From positions 1 to 51,938 of the forward strand of contig CAYQUL010000001.1 of assembly GCA_964420735.1 (NCBI GenBank): a DNA stretch of 51,938 bases, in the 5' to 3' direction. The position numbers were made by a program, and so were the translations under genes. The notes under the pieces were generated by a model. That model was not told the DNA's origin. It made no database searches and worked only from the letters and a program-made list of their open reading frames with translations. The stretch is from an uncultured Gammaproteobacteria bacterium. GTDB lineage: Bacteria; Patescibacteriota; Microgenomatia; UBA8517. This document shows, in pieces, positions 37,751 through 46,510 of the stretch; position 1 is the stretch's first letter; each line of letters starts with the position of its first letter.

Positions 37751-39920
37751 TACTAGATTTGGATTACTACTCGCAATAATTCTTTTTATTGGTGCCACGT
37801 TTCGGTTTCTCGGTGCGTCTCCTGGATTTAATCAATTTCATTCAGACGAAGGAATTTCTTACTCTGCTGCGGTTTCGATGCTAAGGAATAGCAATATGGA
37901 CCCTCTGCGGTATGACTATCCTGCTTTGGTACCTGAAATTAACTGGCTAGCCTTTCGATTTATATTTACCCCTGTTTATTGGGGTAAGTATTACGTAAGT
38001 AATATTAGCAACTTTCTTGATGGATATTTGCCCCTTATTCCAAAGGAGGTAGATATGAATCGCATTTTTCAAAATGAAATTCTTGGGAATAGAGAGATTA
38101 ACGCTTTGTTTTGGGGAAGGTACACAACAGCTCTCATAAGTTCGGCGTCAATTTTCGCAATTTTTCTGCTTGCTTCAAGAATGTTTAACCGTCAGGTGGG
38201 GTTTCTTTCAGCACTTCTCTTGGCCCTCAACTTTCGTTCAGTCACAAATGCTCACCTTGGTCTACCTGACTCATACAATGCGTTCTTTCTGCTTTTCTCA
38301 CTAGCCGCATCATGGAGCATACAAAAGCTTCCAACAAAAGCAACCTATTTGTTAGCAGGTATCGCCATAGGACTAAGTTTAGGTACAAAATATCAAGTCT
38401 TTGCGGTACTGCCATTTCTTGTATCCCACATAATCCGGTCACTCGACAAAGAAAACAGATTGTTTTTTCGCACCCTCATTGATCCTAAATTGTTCATCGC
38501 AGGTTTGGCTGCAGTTTTTACCTTTATTGCAATAAATCCGTACCTTATTATTCACTTTGACTTTGCCACATACATTATTCACGAGGTTTCATTAAAGTAT
38601 GCGATGGGGAAAAATGCACTTTCTCTGTTTCCAGTCCATTATTGGATTTTTAATGACTATGGTTTGCCGCTTTTTATATTGATTGTCTCCGGTGCAGTTT
38701 CAATGCTTCTACTTAAAACAAAACAGGCGATTTTTTTGTTGAGTCACATTATTCCGTTTTTGTTTATAATGCTTTTTTATTCAAACGGTGGCTTTTATGT
38801 AAGAAACTTTATTACAGTTACCCCGTTGTTTCTTATTTGTGCTGCCTGGTTGTTAGCGACACTGTATGAGCAGGTATCACACTATTCAGCGTTTTTCGCG
38901 AGTATCATCACCGCAAGCATACTCGCCGTGATTATTTACCTTCCAGTTACAAACATTCTTATTCACACAAAAGAGTATCAGAAACCTTGGAATTACAAAA
39001 CAATAGTAGATGTCACAAGAGAAGTTTTGCCACAAAACGCAGTGGTTGTGGGTCACCCATTTGACCCATTGCCAATAGAGTCAAATGCAAAAAGGATAAG
39101 TATTAGTGCTTCACACTTGTATTCATTACAAGAGTTCAGAAGTGTTAAGGGTGAGTATGCATTAATCAATATGGATTGGGCTGCTGATCCATTCTATGGT
39201 TGGATGACTTCTTCCGGAGCGGAATCATATTCCTATGTATTTAATAAACCGTATAGGCAGATGAGGGACACGTTTTGGGGTTTAAGTGTCGAAGAAATGA
39301 TGCAGCATGTGGTTACTGCAAAGTACAAGCCGTGGCAGGCCCCTGAAGCCGCTCTTTTTCTCGTCCAAGTTCCATACTTTGGCGACGTTGGCTTCAGTCA
39401 GGCAAAAAATGTTGTTATTGATAATTCATGGAAAAAGGTAAATGAAGAGGATGCTTCAGATGGATTTTTAACAATTAATAGCGATGAAAAATATATGCAA
39501 ATTGGACCGGGATCGGGTAAATTTCAAATTGCGTACCTAACTTCGGCTAAATTTGAAGTAGATCCAGGGTTTGTTTATAAAGTAACCGGAAGTCTTGCCT
39601 CTGAATCAGGGTTTGAAAATACGCTTCCAAATGTATTTATGCGCTTAGATTTTTATAATAGTAACGATGAGCGTGTTATGACCTCAGTCTCAAACCGTTT
39701 TTTTGGTAATAAAGGAAACGTTGAGGTCTTTTCTCAAGCTCCAAATGGCGCTACATTTGCTCGTATTTCATTCCAAAGTTCCATTGCCTTAAGCGGCAAT
39801 GTGAAACTCAAGGCAATCTCAATTTCAGCTAGTACAAACAAGCAACCTACGAAAGACAGCGTTGTTACTTTTGAAGATTACAAGGAACTTCTTTATCCTA
39901 ATTCACATGGGAACCTTTAA
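37728..39920 (+). CDS. GT-C membrane glycosyltransferase (PMT_2-like) with C-terminal CBM-like jelly-roll domain
   Basis: 'FHSDEGISYSAA' loop, 'YDYPALVPEI', and 'LGTKYQVF' (the same block as in the 29120 gene). The C-terminal region of about 140 aa (39420-39840) contains 'FEVDPGFVYKVTGSL...FMRLDFYNSNDE...ATFARISFQ'. Confidence 0.7.
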   Translation: MNALKLSNTRFGLLLAIILFIGATFRFLGASPGFNQFHSDEGISYSAAVSMLRNSNMDPLRYDYPALVPEINWLAFRFIFTPVYWGKYYVSNISNFLDGYLPLIPKEVDMNRIFQNEILGNREINALFWGRYTTALISSASIFAIFLLASRMFNRQVGFLSALLLALNFRSVTNAHLGLPDSYNAFFLLFSLAASWSIQKLPTKATYLLAGIAIGLSLGTKYQVFAVLPFLVSHIIRSLDKENRLFFRTLIDPKLFIAGLAAVFTFIAINPYLIIHFDFATYIIHEVSLKYAMGKNALSLFPVHYWIFNDYGLPLFILIVSGAVSMLLLKTKQAIFLLSHIIPFLFIMLFYSNGGFYVRNFITVTPLFLICAAWLLATLYEQVSHYSAFFASIITASILAVIIYLPVTNILIHTKEYQKPWNYKTIVDVTREVLPQNAVVVGHPFDPLPIESNAKRISISASHLYSLQEFRSVKGEYALINMDWAADPFYGWMTSSGAESYSYVFNKPYRQMRDTFWGLSVEEMMQHVVTAKYKPWQAPEAALFLVQVPYFGDVGFSQAKNVVIDNSWKKVNEEDASDGFLTINSDEKYMQIGPGSGKFQIAYLTSAKFEVDPGFVYKVTGSLASESGFENTLPNVFMRLDFYNSNDERVMTSVSNRFFGNKGNVEVFSQAPNGATFARISFQSSIALSGNVKLKAISISASTNKQPTKDSVVTFEDYKELLYPNSHGNL

Positions 39921-42117
39921 AAAACTCATACATTTTATTAAGAAATACCCATTTTTTTTGGTTTTAGTAGCACTAGTTGCAGCAGGCCAGATGATGGCTA
40001 TGTATGTTTGGAAAGACGATAATGCGATTTTTTTTAAGTTCACTCATTTAGCTGAACCTGCTGGATATCTTGGAAGAGGGTTGCTGGGGGAAGGGCCTTA
40101 TCGACTATCTGTTGCACCTTACTGGTTTGTTTATTACTTATTTGGATATTCCTCAATATATCCTTTCTACATACTCGCTTTTTTAACCTATTTCACCTCA
40201 ATTTTTGCAGTATATTTGTTTGGAAAACAATTTTTAGATGAGAAAGCCGCAAAAGTTGCCTCATTTCTTTTTGCTGCAGGTTATGTTGCGTCAGAAGGTT
40301 TTTATTGGCTAGCTAGTTCGTGGATTTTGAGCACGAGTATTACACTTACTCTATTAGCCTTGAGTACATCAATTGTGTATATCCGAAACGGAAAGAAAAA
40401 ATATTATTTGTTTTCGTTAATAAGCTATCTTTTGTGCTTACTTATAACTCCAGTGAGAACTCATTATGTTATTGGTTTAATTATCGCTATGTATCTGTTA
40501 TGGGGAATAAAAGAAAGAAGTGTAAAAAGTATTTTCACTACTTTTTTGAAATTAATGCCGTTTCTTGCACTGTTTTACTGGTTTTTTCTGGTATCTGCTG
40601 ATTCTCGTACCCTTTCATTAAGCGATTTTGTAACTGCAGTTTTTTCAGGTAACTGGTATGTTTTTTATTCCTTCTTTTCAACCTCAGGGAGTATGTTTGT
40701 AACAGATACTCAGTGGAAAGTTGCACTTTTACTTTTAAAACCTTTTGTAGGTCATAGCTTAAGAACGTTTGCATTAACAACGCTTGTCACTATTATTAGT
40801 TCTGTTTTTCTTTTTAAAAGAAGCAAAGCGAGATTTCGATTGCCTGTCTTTTTAGTATTCTTTGTACTTTCCATAATTTTGTTCTTTGTTTCAAACTCAA
40901 TTGTAGTTGCGCCTCAAATCGGGAAAGGTGCGGCTGACTTGTTTTTTGTTTACTTTGGCGGCTTTACTTTGCTTTTCTTTACTTTTTTCGCCTTTACTCA
41001 AGAAGTGTCACATCGCAAAAACACACTTTTTGCCTTGGTTTGGTTTGTACTAAGTCTTTTTGTCTACACCGCATACATCCCCACAAGCACCTACGCCACA
41101 ATTGATCGATATCTGGGACACACGTTTATTGCTCTTGTTCTACTGTACTCAATTTTGGCAACACAGACAAAACAAAAGATTTTTATTGTGGTTATTTGTT
41201 TGTGGGGGTTAACTAATATTGTGAGCTCATTTAAAAACCAGCAAAGTGTTGTTACAAACAAAAGTGTACCAGCAGCGCACTTTTTTACGTCTCTTAAAAG
41301 CCAGATGCCGCAAATAATTAAGGGAAACCTAATTTATATTGATGTGGCGCCAGTTGCACAAGAGCGCTTTGCCGCTGCTTTTTCAGTGGGTCAAATGCCA
41401 GAGACTACAGCTCTTGCTTGGCGTTATGGTTTAGATCGGTACGATTTTGAACTAACAACAAGTGGTCAATACGTATCTGAGAAGTTAGCAGATAAGTCAA
41501 TGAACGTGTCTCAGATTAATAGTTTTTATTATGATGGGACAAAGTTACTAAATACGACCGACGCTTTTCGTCGTAAAGAAGCCACCCATCCTGTTAATTT
41601 CATAAAAACGGGCGAATCTACATTTGCCGTTAACCCACCGCTGCCAACTGTCAGAGATTTACACATCGAGGTTGTCATTAATGCAAAGCCGCTTGTCATC
41701 CCTCAAGACCGTTTTCCCCTTATTGGCAAGAAAACTCCTACACAATACAGAGACGAAGCTTTTAGAAATGCAGCGTTTAAATATAGAAAATTTAAAAAAG
41801 ACTTTCTAAAACCAACGAGTGCTTTTTCATCAAGTCAATGGCAAGAGCGAGTCATTGCAAGTTTGGTAGACCAAAACACTGATACCGTCTGGCAACCTGA
41901 TCGCATTTTATGGCACGATGGAAAACAATCGTTTACGCTTGACTTGGGAAGTGTGCAACAAATTAACCGTTTAGTGTGGATTAACGGTTTTGATAACAAC
42001 ACACCAATCGAATATAAAATATATACCTCAGCAGACAATGTTTCATACACTGAAGTAAAACATGTTAATTCTATTAGAAAACTTACTGGCGGGGCTCTAC
42101 AGGAAGAAAAATTTTAG
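39907..42117 (+). CDS. Putative GT-C polytopic membrane protein ending inside an F5/8 type C (discoidin) domain at an in-frame TAG
   Basis: About 12 TM helices with 'VWKDDNAIFF' in the first loop. From 41818 the sequence reads 'SSSQWQERVIASLVDQNTDTVWQ...FTLDLGSVQQINRLVW...YKIYTSADNVSYTEV', which is discoidin-like. TAG at 42115-42117. Confidence 0.7.
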   Translation: MGTFKKLIHFIKKYPFFLVLVALVAAGQMMAMYVWKDDNAIFFKFTHLAEPAGYLGRGLLGEGPYRLSVAPYWFVYYLFGYSSIYPFYILAFLTYFTSIFAVYLFGKQFLDEKAAKVASFLFAAGYVASEGFYWLASSWILSTSITLTLLALSTSIVYIRNGKKKYYLFSLISYLLCLLITPVRTHYVIGLIIAMYLLWGIKERSVKSIFTTFLKLMPFLALFYWFFLVSADSRTLSLSDFVTAVFSGNWYVFYSFFSTSGSMFVTDTQWKVALLLLKPFVGHSLRTFALTTLVTIISSVFLFKRSKARFRLPVFLVFFVLSIILFFVSNSIVVAPQIGKGAADLFFVYFGGFTLLFFTFFAFTQEVSHRKNTLFALVWFVLSLFVYTAYIPTSTYATIDRYLGHTFIALVLLYSILATQTKQKIFIVVICLWGLTNIVSSFKNQQSVVTNKSVPAAHFFTSLKSQMPQIIKGNLIYIDVAPVAQERFAAAFSVGQMPETTALAWRYGLDRYDFELTTSGQYVSEKLADKSMNVSQINSFYYDGTKLLNTTDAFRRKEATHPVNFIKTGESTFAVNPPLPTVRDLHIEVVINAKPLVIPQDRFPLIGKKTPTQYRDEAFRNAAFKYRKFKKDFLKPTSAFSSSQWQERVIASLVDQNTDTVWQPDRILWHDGKQSFTLDLGSVQQINRLVWINGFDNNTPIEYKIYTSADNVSYTEVKHVNSIRKLTGGALQEEKF

Positions 42118-42141
42118 GACACCAAAGCGCGTTATGTTCGT

Positions 42142-42522
42142 ATGCAGCTAATAAAAAGCCTCAATGACGATTCGCCAGGAATAACTGAGGCATGGATTGT
42201 CCCCACTGAGTATTCACTATATTCAGTTCACGACTTGGAAGGTTTTATTGTTAATCCATTTAGTGTTGTTTTAAGTCAAAAGGACTATGAGCAAGGACTA
42301 AAAAATGTTCTTTTTAAAGGCAAAGTTTCATACGAATGGAAAACAAATAAATACACTAGCTTCCAATCAACTGCAAAGAGCAATATTGAAGTTTTGTACG
42401 ACAACAAGCCACATACCTATTTGCTTACCATACCAGCTGGTGGAACAGAGATGTCTGAACTTAAACTTAACCTTGTAACAATTCCAGGCGACTTGCAAAT
42501 TATCTCAGCAAAAGTGTTATGA
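42142..42522 (+). CDS. In-frame continuation of the preceding gene: second half of the discoidin domain plus a beta-rich tail of about 100 aa
   Basis: Same frame as 39907-42117. The codons right after the TAG read 'DTKARYVRMQLIKSLNDDSPGITEAWIV', which is the ARYVR..E strand motif that closes F5/8 type C domains. Confidence 0.6.
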   Translation: MQLIKSLNDDSPGITEAWIVPTEYSLYSVHDLEGFIVNPFSVVLSQKDYEQGLKNVLFKGKVSYEWKTNKYTSFQSTAKSNIEVLYDNKPHTYLLTIPAGGTEMSELKLNLVTIPGDLQIISAKVL

Positions 42523-43223
42523 AGAACCTTAAAGTAGTTATTGTATTACCGGCATATAACGCTGCCAAAACGCTAAAAAAAACATACCAGGATATACCCA
42601 GGGGAAAAATGTTTCGAACTATATTAGTTGATGATGGTAGTCGTGATACAACGGTTAAACTTGCACACAAAATGGGAATAGATGTGTATACGCATCCGCA
42701 AAATAGGGGGTACGGTGGTAATCAAAAGACATGCTATACCATTGCCCTTTCTAAAGGGGCTGATATTGTTGTGATGATTCATCCAGACTATCAGTATGAT
42801 GCGACACTAACCCAAGAACTCATTCAACCGATTATTAAAGCTAAAGCAGATATTATGTTAGGTTCTCGCATTCGAAGCAGGAAAGAAGCCTTAAGTGGTG
42901 GAATGCCACTTTATAAATATATCAGTAATAGATTTTTGACTATGGTTGAAAACATTGCTTTAGGTCTTAATCTTTCTGAATATCATACTGGTTTTCGTGC
43001 ATATAGCCGCCGCTCGTTAGAATTAATTCCGTTTCATAAATTCTCAGACGACTTCGTTTTTGATCAGCAAGTGCTTCTATCTGCAGCGAAGCTAGACCTT
43101 CGTATTGGTGAGATACCAGTTCCTGTGAGATACTCACCTGAAAGTTCGTCGATAAACTTTAAACGGTCAGTAAGATACGGGATAGATACATTGTTTTACC
43201 TGTTTTTGACGATTATTTCTTAA
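42519..43223 (+). CDS. GT2 glycosyltransferase, DPM1-like
   Basis: 'VVIVLPAYNAAKTL', 'ILVDDGSRDTT', 'IHPDYQYD', 'SEYHTGFRAYSR'. Confidence 0.8.
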   Translation: MKNLKVVIVLPAYNAAKTLKKTYQDIPRGKMFRTILVDDGSRDTTVKLAHKMGIDVYTHPQNRGYGGNQKTCYTIALSKGADIVVMIHPDYQYDATLTQELIQPIIKAKADIMLGSRIRSRKEALSGGMPLYKYISNRFLTMVENIALGLNLSEYHTGFRAYSRRSLELIPFHKFSDDFVFDQQVLLSAAKLDLRIGEIPVPVRYSPESSSINFKRSVRYGIDTLFYLFLTIIS

Positions 43224-43225
43224 TT

Positions 43226-44053
43226 ATGAACAAAATACCTGAAATTTCAGTTGTAATGCCAGCTTATAACGCAGAAAAGTATATTGGCGCGTCAATCGAA
43301 AGCATTTTGCGGCAGACATTTAAAAATTTTGAATTGATTATTGTTAACGACGCCTCAACTGACAAAACATTATCAATTATTAGAAAATATGCAAGAAAGG
43401 ATTCTCGAATACGGTACAAAAGCAACAAGAAAAATAGCCTGATCGCCCACTCACTAAATGTAGCAATTGGCATGGCTAAGGCACCAATTATTGCACGAAT
43501 GGATGGAGATGATATCTCAACTGATGATCGTTTAGAAGCACAACTTGCGGTCCTAAGAAAGCATAAAAAGATTGCGGTAGTGGGGGCAAACCTTACGGTT
43601 GTTGATACAAATGGCATGGTAGTTTCAAAGAGAGAGTATCCAACAGACTCAAAAAGTTTAAAAAAACTAATGTTTAGGTACAGTCCGTTTTCACATCCAG
43701 TAGTTATGTTTCGAAAAAGTGTTTTCGAAGAATTCGGGGGATATCGAACTGATATTTTTCCCTGTGAAGATATTGATATGTGGTTCAAAATCGGAAGCAA
43801 GTATGAATTTGCAAGCATTAACAAGCCACTCTTAATTTATACACTTATCGAAAACTCAAGCAGTCATAAAAAACTTCGGAAGCTTGAGCTGTTGACCTTT
43901 AAAATTAGGAAAAACGCAATTATGAAACTCGGGTTTAGACCAAGTATGTATGATGTTTTCTATAATGTGGGCCAATTCGTTTCGCTATGGTTTATCTCCC
44001 CTAAAATGCGTATCCGGATGTACGATTTTTTAAGAAAATATGAACTAATATAG
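43226..44053 (+). CDS. GT2 family glycosyltransferase
   Basis: 'ISVVMPAYNAEKYI', 'IIVNDASTDKT', 'RMDGDDIS', 'CEDIDMWFK'. Confidence 0.85.
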   Translation: MNKIPEISVVMPAYNAEKYIGASIESILRQTFKNFELIIVNDASTDKTLSIIRKYARKDSRIRYKSNKKNSLIAHSLNVAIGMAKAPIIARMDGDDISTDDRLEAQLAVLRKHKKIAVVGANLTVVDTNGMVVSKREYPTDSKSLKKLMFRYSPFSHPVVMFRKSVFEEFGGYRTDIFPCEDIDMWFKIGSKYEFASINKPLLIYTLIENSSSHKKLRKLELLTFKIRKNAIMKLGFRPSMYDVFYNVGQFVSLWFISPKMRIRMYDFLRKYELI

Positions 44054-45073
44054 ATGTCTAAAATATCTGCTCTACTGAAGCCATTTAATAGTACAGTATT
44101 TTATAACGATAAAATCTTTAACATTAATAATGGGCACAATATCTTTTTTGAATTTGATCGAATACTTAATGCGAGAGGTATTGATATACATACACTAGAT
44201 AAAGCAAAAGCTGCCGATAAATATATTTTTGCTGATGTACCTTACCCATGGGAAATTGCCATGTGGCTTAAGTTACTCACCATTCCAAAGAATAAGAAGA
44301 TATTATTTTGTTTTGAGTCACCAATTGTCAACCCTTTTAACCATCTTAGCTTTTTTTATATGCATTTTGGGACTATTTATACTTGGAATGACGAACTTGT
44401 GAAAAGTATTAAAAAGGTAAGAAAGTTGTATGTGCCACAAGTTGAGATTCAAAAAAGTATAAAGAATATTCCCTTCAATAAAAAAAAGTTGTTGGTGTGC
44501 ATAAACTCAAAGAAGTCTTCTATTGTTTTTTTGCGCCTGTTATCTCCCTTTAAAAAGGACTTGTATCGCGAGCGTTGTGATGCAATTGACTACTTTGAGA
44601 AAAATAATAGTCAGGAGTTTGATCTCTATGGCAAAGGGTGGAATTTACCTGGACGCTTCAACCTTGTGGAAAAACTCTTGAAAGTAAAGAAACTGTCAGT
44701 TTATAGAGGTGAGATACCTGTTAATGAGAAAAACAGTGTGTTAGCCAAATACAAGTTTTGCCTGTGTTTTGAGAATACTTCAGCACCTGGTTATATAACC
44801 GAAAAAATATTTGATTGTTTCGCATCAGGCACTGTACCTATCTATAAGGGTGCTCCAAATATTTCAAAATATATACCTAAAAGTGCGTATATAGACATGA
44901 ATCAATTTTCGACATATGGCGAGTTAGTTACTTTTTTAGAGAAAATGACTAAGGAGCGATACCAGGGCTATCTTACTGCAGCCTCACTTTTTGTCAAAGA
45001 CAAAAAAAGTGAGCGAAAATGGGGGAAGCAATCTTTTATTGATATAGTAGTGAGTAACATACTAGAAAAATGA
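44054..45073 (+). CDS. GT10 family alpha-1,3/4-fucosyltransferase-like
   Basis: 'FCLCFENTSAPGYITEKIFDCFASGTVPIYKGAPNISKYIPKSAYIDM' matches the GT10 signature (compare Helicobacter FutA 'FNLCFENS..GYVTEKI.DA...TIPIYWG'). Confidence 0.8.
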   Translation: MSKISALLKPFNSTVFYNDKIFNINNGHNIFFEFDRILNARGIDIHTLDKAKAADKYIFADVPYPWEIAMWLKLLTIPKNKKILFCFESPIVNPFNHLSFFYMHFGTIYTWNDELVKSIKKVRKLYVPQVEIQKSIKNIPFNKKKLLVCINSKKSSIVFLRLLSPFKKDLYRERCDAIDYFEKNNSQEFDLYGKGWNLPGRFNLVEKLLKVKKLSVYRGEIPVNEKNSVLAKYKFCLCFENTSAPGYITEKIFDCFASGTVPIYKGAPNISKYIPKSAYIDMNQFSTYGELVTFLEKMTKERYQGYLTAASLFVKDKKSERKWGKQSFIDIVVSNILEK

Positions 45074-45774
45074 TAAATATTCTTTTTTTTGTCCTCTACT
45101 TTTTAGTTCATCCAAAATTATGGAAACTTCTGTTAAAGCGAGTTTACTTACCGGTTTATGTTCAGTATGCGTGGCTTGAGGGTAATACATTAGGTACGTT
45201 TATCGATATTGGTGCTCATAAGGGAACTGTTAGTAAAGTTGTACATCACATTTTTCCACAGGCAAAGATTTTTGCGTTTGAACCAATAAAAAATTTTGCA
45301 AACGCAATAAAAGCAGTAGTCCCTGGTAGTACCGTCATTGCGGCAGCTGTGGGGGACAAAGACGGGATGACTAAATTGCATGTTACAAAGTACGCACCTG
45401 CTTCATCAATTAGACCTTTTGTTGAAAGCCTCAGCACAAAATTTATAACGAATAACGATATTGAAACCCAAATTGTTCAACTTGACACCTATTTTAAAAA
45501 CAAAAATCTCAAGCACCCCGTTTTTCTAAAAATTGACGTGCAAGGATATGAGAGGGAAGTACTTACGGGTGCAAAACAGATGCTAGACAGCGTAGATATT
45601 ATTCATATCGAGAGTACACTCACTGAGGTATATAAAGGCCAAGCTCTTTTCCATGAAATACATGAAGTCCTGTCTCGCGCTGGTTTTGAATACCGAGGTG
45701 CTCTAGCTGATGGTGAATTTATCCCCAAATTTTCTCCAGAAGAGTCGCAGAATTCTATCTATATCCGCTCTTAG
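45070..45774 (+). CDS. FkbM family methyltransferase
   Basis: 'FIDIGAHKGTVS', 'IFAFEP', 'FLKIDVQGYEREVLTGA'. Confidence 0.8.
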   Translation: MINILFFVLYFLVHPKLWKLLLKRVYLPVYVQYAWLEGNTLGTFIDIGAHKGTVSKVVHHIFPQAKIFAFEPIKNFANAIKAVVPGSTVIAAAVGDKDGMTKLHVTKYAPASSIRPFVESLSTKFITNNDIETQIVQLDTYFKNKNLKHPVFLKIDVQGYEREVLTGAKQMLDSVDIIHIESTLTEVYKGQALFHEIHEVLSRAGFEYRGALADGEFIPKFSPEESQNSIYIRS

Positions 45775-46472
45775 TTTGTTTTTTGTGCTACTAAATACAC
45801 TTCAGCAAAGCCTTTGTTACTGTATCCCTCTTTAATTTTTTGTACCAGCCATTTTGGCTTATATACTGTGGTCCCCACGGTATGTTTGATCACTAGTTCA
45901 ACATTATGCATCAATAGTTCCCATATGTTTCCGACTAACTGTGCACTTTTAACTTTTAAATTATTGTCTGCTAGTAACTTCTTTAGTTGACCTACAGAAT
46001 AGTGCCTGTGTCCAATCAAAAAAAATGCAGGATCAAATAGTATTGAAATGACGTGCCTATTAGGGGTACTCAAAACCAGATGACCACCAGGTCTTAGAAC
46101 TCTGTAAATCTCTGACAAAACTTGCCCTTCGGTGTTAACTGGGACGTGCTCGATTACGTCCATGATGGTTACAGTGTCAAAAGACTTGTTTTTAAATGGC
46201 AGCTTCTGTGCCTCAGACACAAAAAAAGCGGCTTTAGGCGTCATACGCTTTGCAAATGCGATTGCTTTCTTGTTTGGGTCAATGCCAGTGACTGATTTTG
46301 CAAAAGGGAATATAAGCGAGTCAAATTGACCAGTCCAACAACCAATATCAAGAACATCTTTTCCCTTTACATATTTTTTGGAATAACTGGCGTTAAATTG
46401 GTGGTGAATTGACGGTTTGGTGTCGGTTGTTTCACATAACGTCCGTCGCTGTGACTCTTGGTTTTTTGACAT
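45771..46472 (-). CDS. Class I SAM-dependent methyltransferase
   Basis: 'VLDIGCWTGQF', 'TVTIMDVIEHVP', 'LRPGGHLVLSTP'. ATG at 46472 is preferred (TTG at 46502 is possible). Confidence 0.8.
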   Translation of the reverse strand: MSKNQESQRRTLCETTDTKPSIHHQFNASYSKKYVKGKDVLDIGCWTGQFDSLIFPFAKSVTGIDPNKKAIAFAKRMTPKAAFFVSEAQKLPFKNKSFDTVTIMDVIEHVPVNTEGQVLSEIYRVLRPGGHLVLSTPNRHVISILFDPAFFLIGHRHYSVGQLKKLLADNNLKVKSAQLVGNIWELLMHNVELVIKHTVGTTVYKPKWLVQKIKEGYSNKGFAEVYLVAQKTN

Positions 46473-46493
46473 TGTGGTTGAAAATTCATTCAC

Positions 46494-46503
46494 ACTATAC
46501 AAT
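46494..46503. promoter_or_regulatory. Overlapping divergent -10 boxes
   Basis: On the + strand, TACAAT (46498-46503) lies 7 nt upstream of ATG 46511. On the - strand, TATAGT (46494-46499) lies 21 nt upstream of the ATG at 46472. The intergenic region is 38 nt. Confidence 0.35.
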
Positions 46504-46510
46504 ATGTTGT

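Noticed and set aside
43264-43824. 186-aa ORF antisense to the GT2 gene 43226-44053.
   Set aside because: It lies fully inside a GT2 gene with clear motifs on the opposite strand. Its low-complexity Ser/Phe/Leu-rich translation is typical of antisense frames in AT-rich genes, and it has no recognisable motifs.
3258-46510. Upstream-extended starts in the ORF track (3258, 5664, 13590, 22075, 23126, 27656, 32878, 37722, 39862, 46409).
   Set aside because: The extensions mostly start at TTG or run deep into the preceding gene, and they add non-homologous residues ahead of conserved N-termini. Internal ATGs give ATGA or short overlaps consistent with the rest of the locus.
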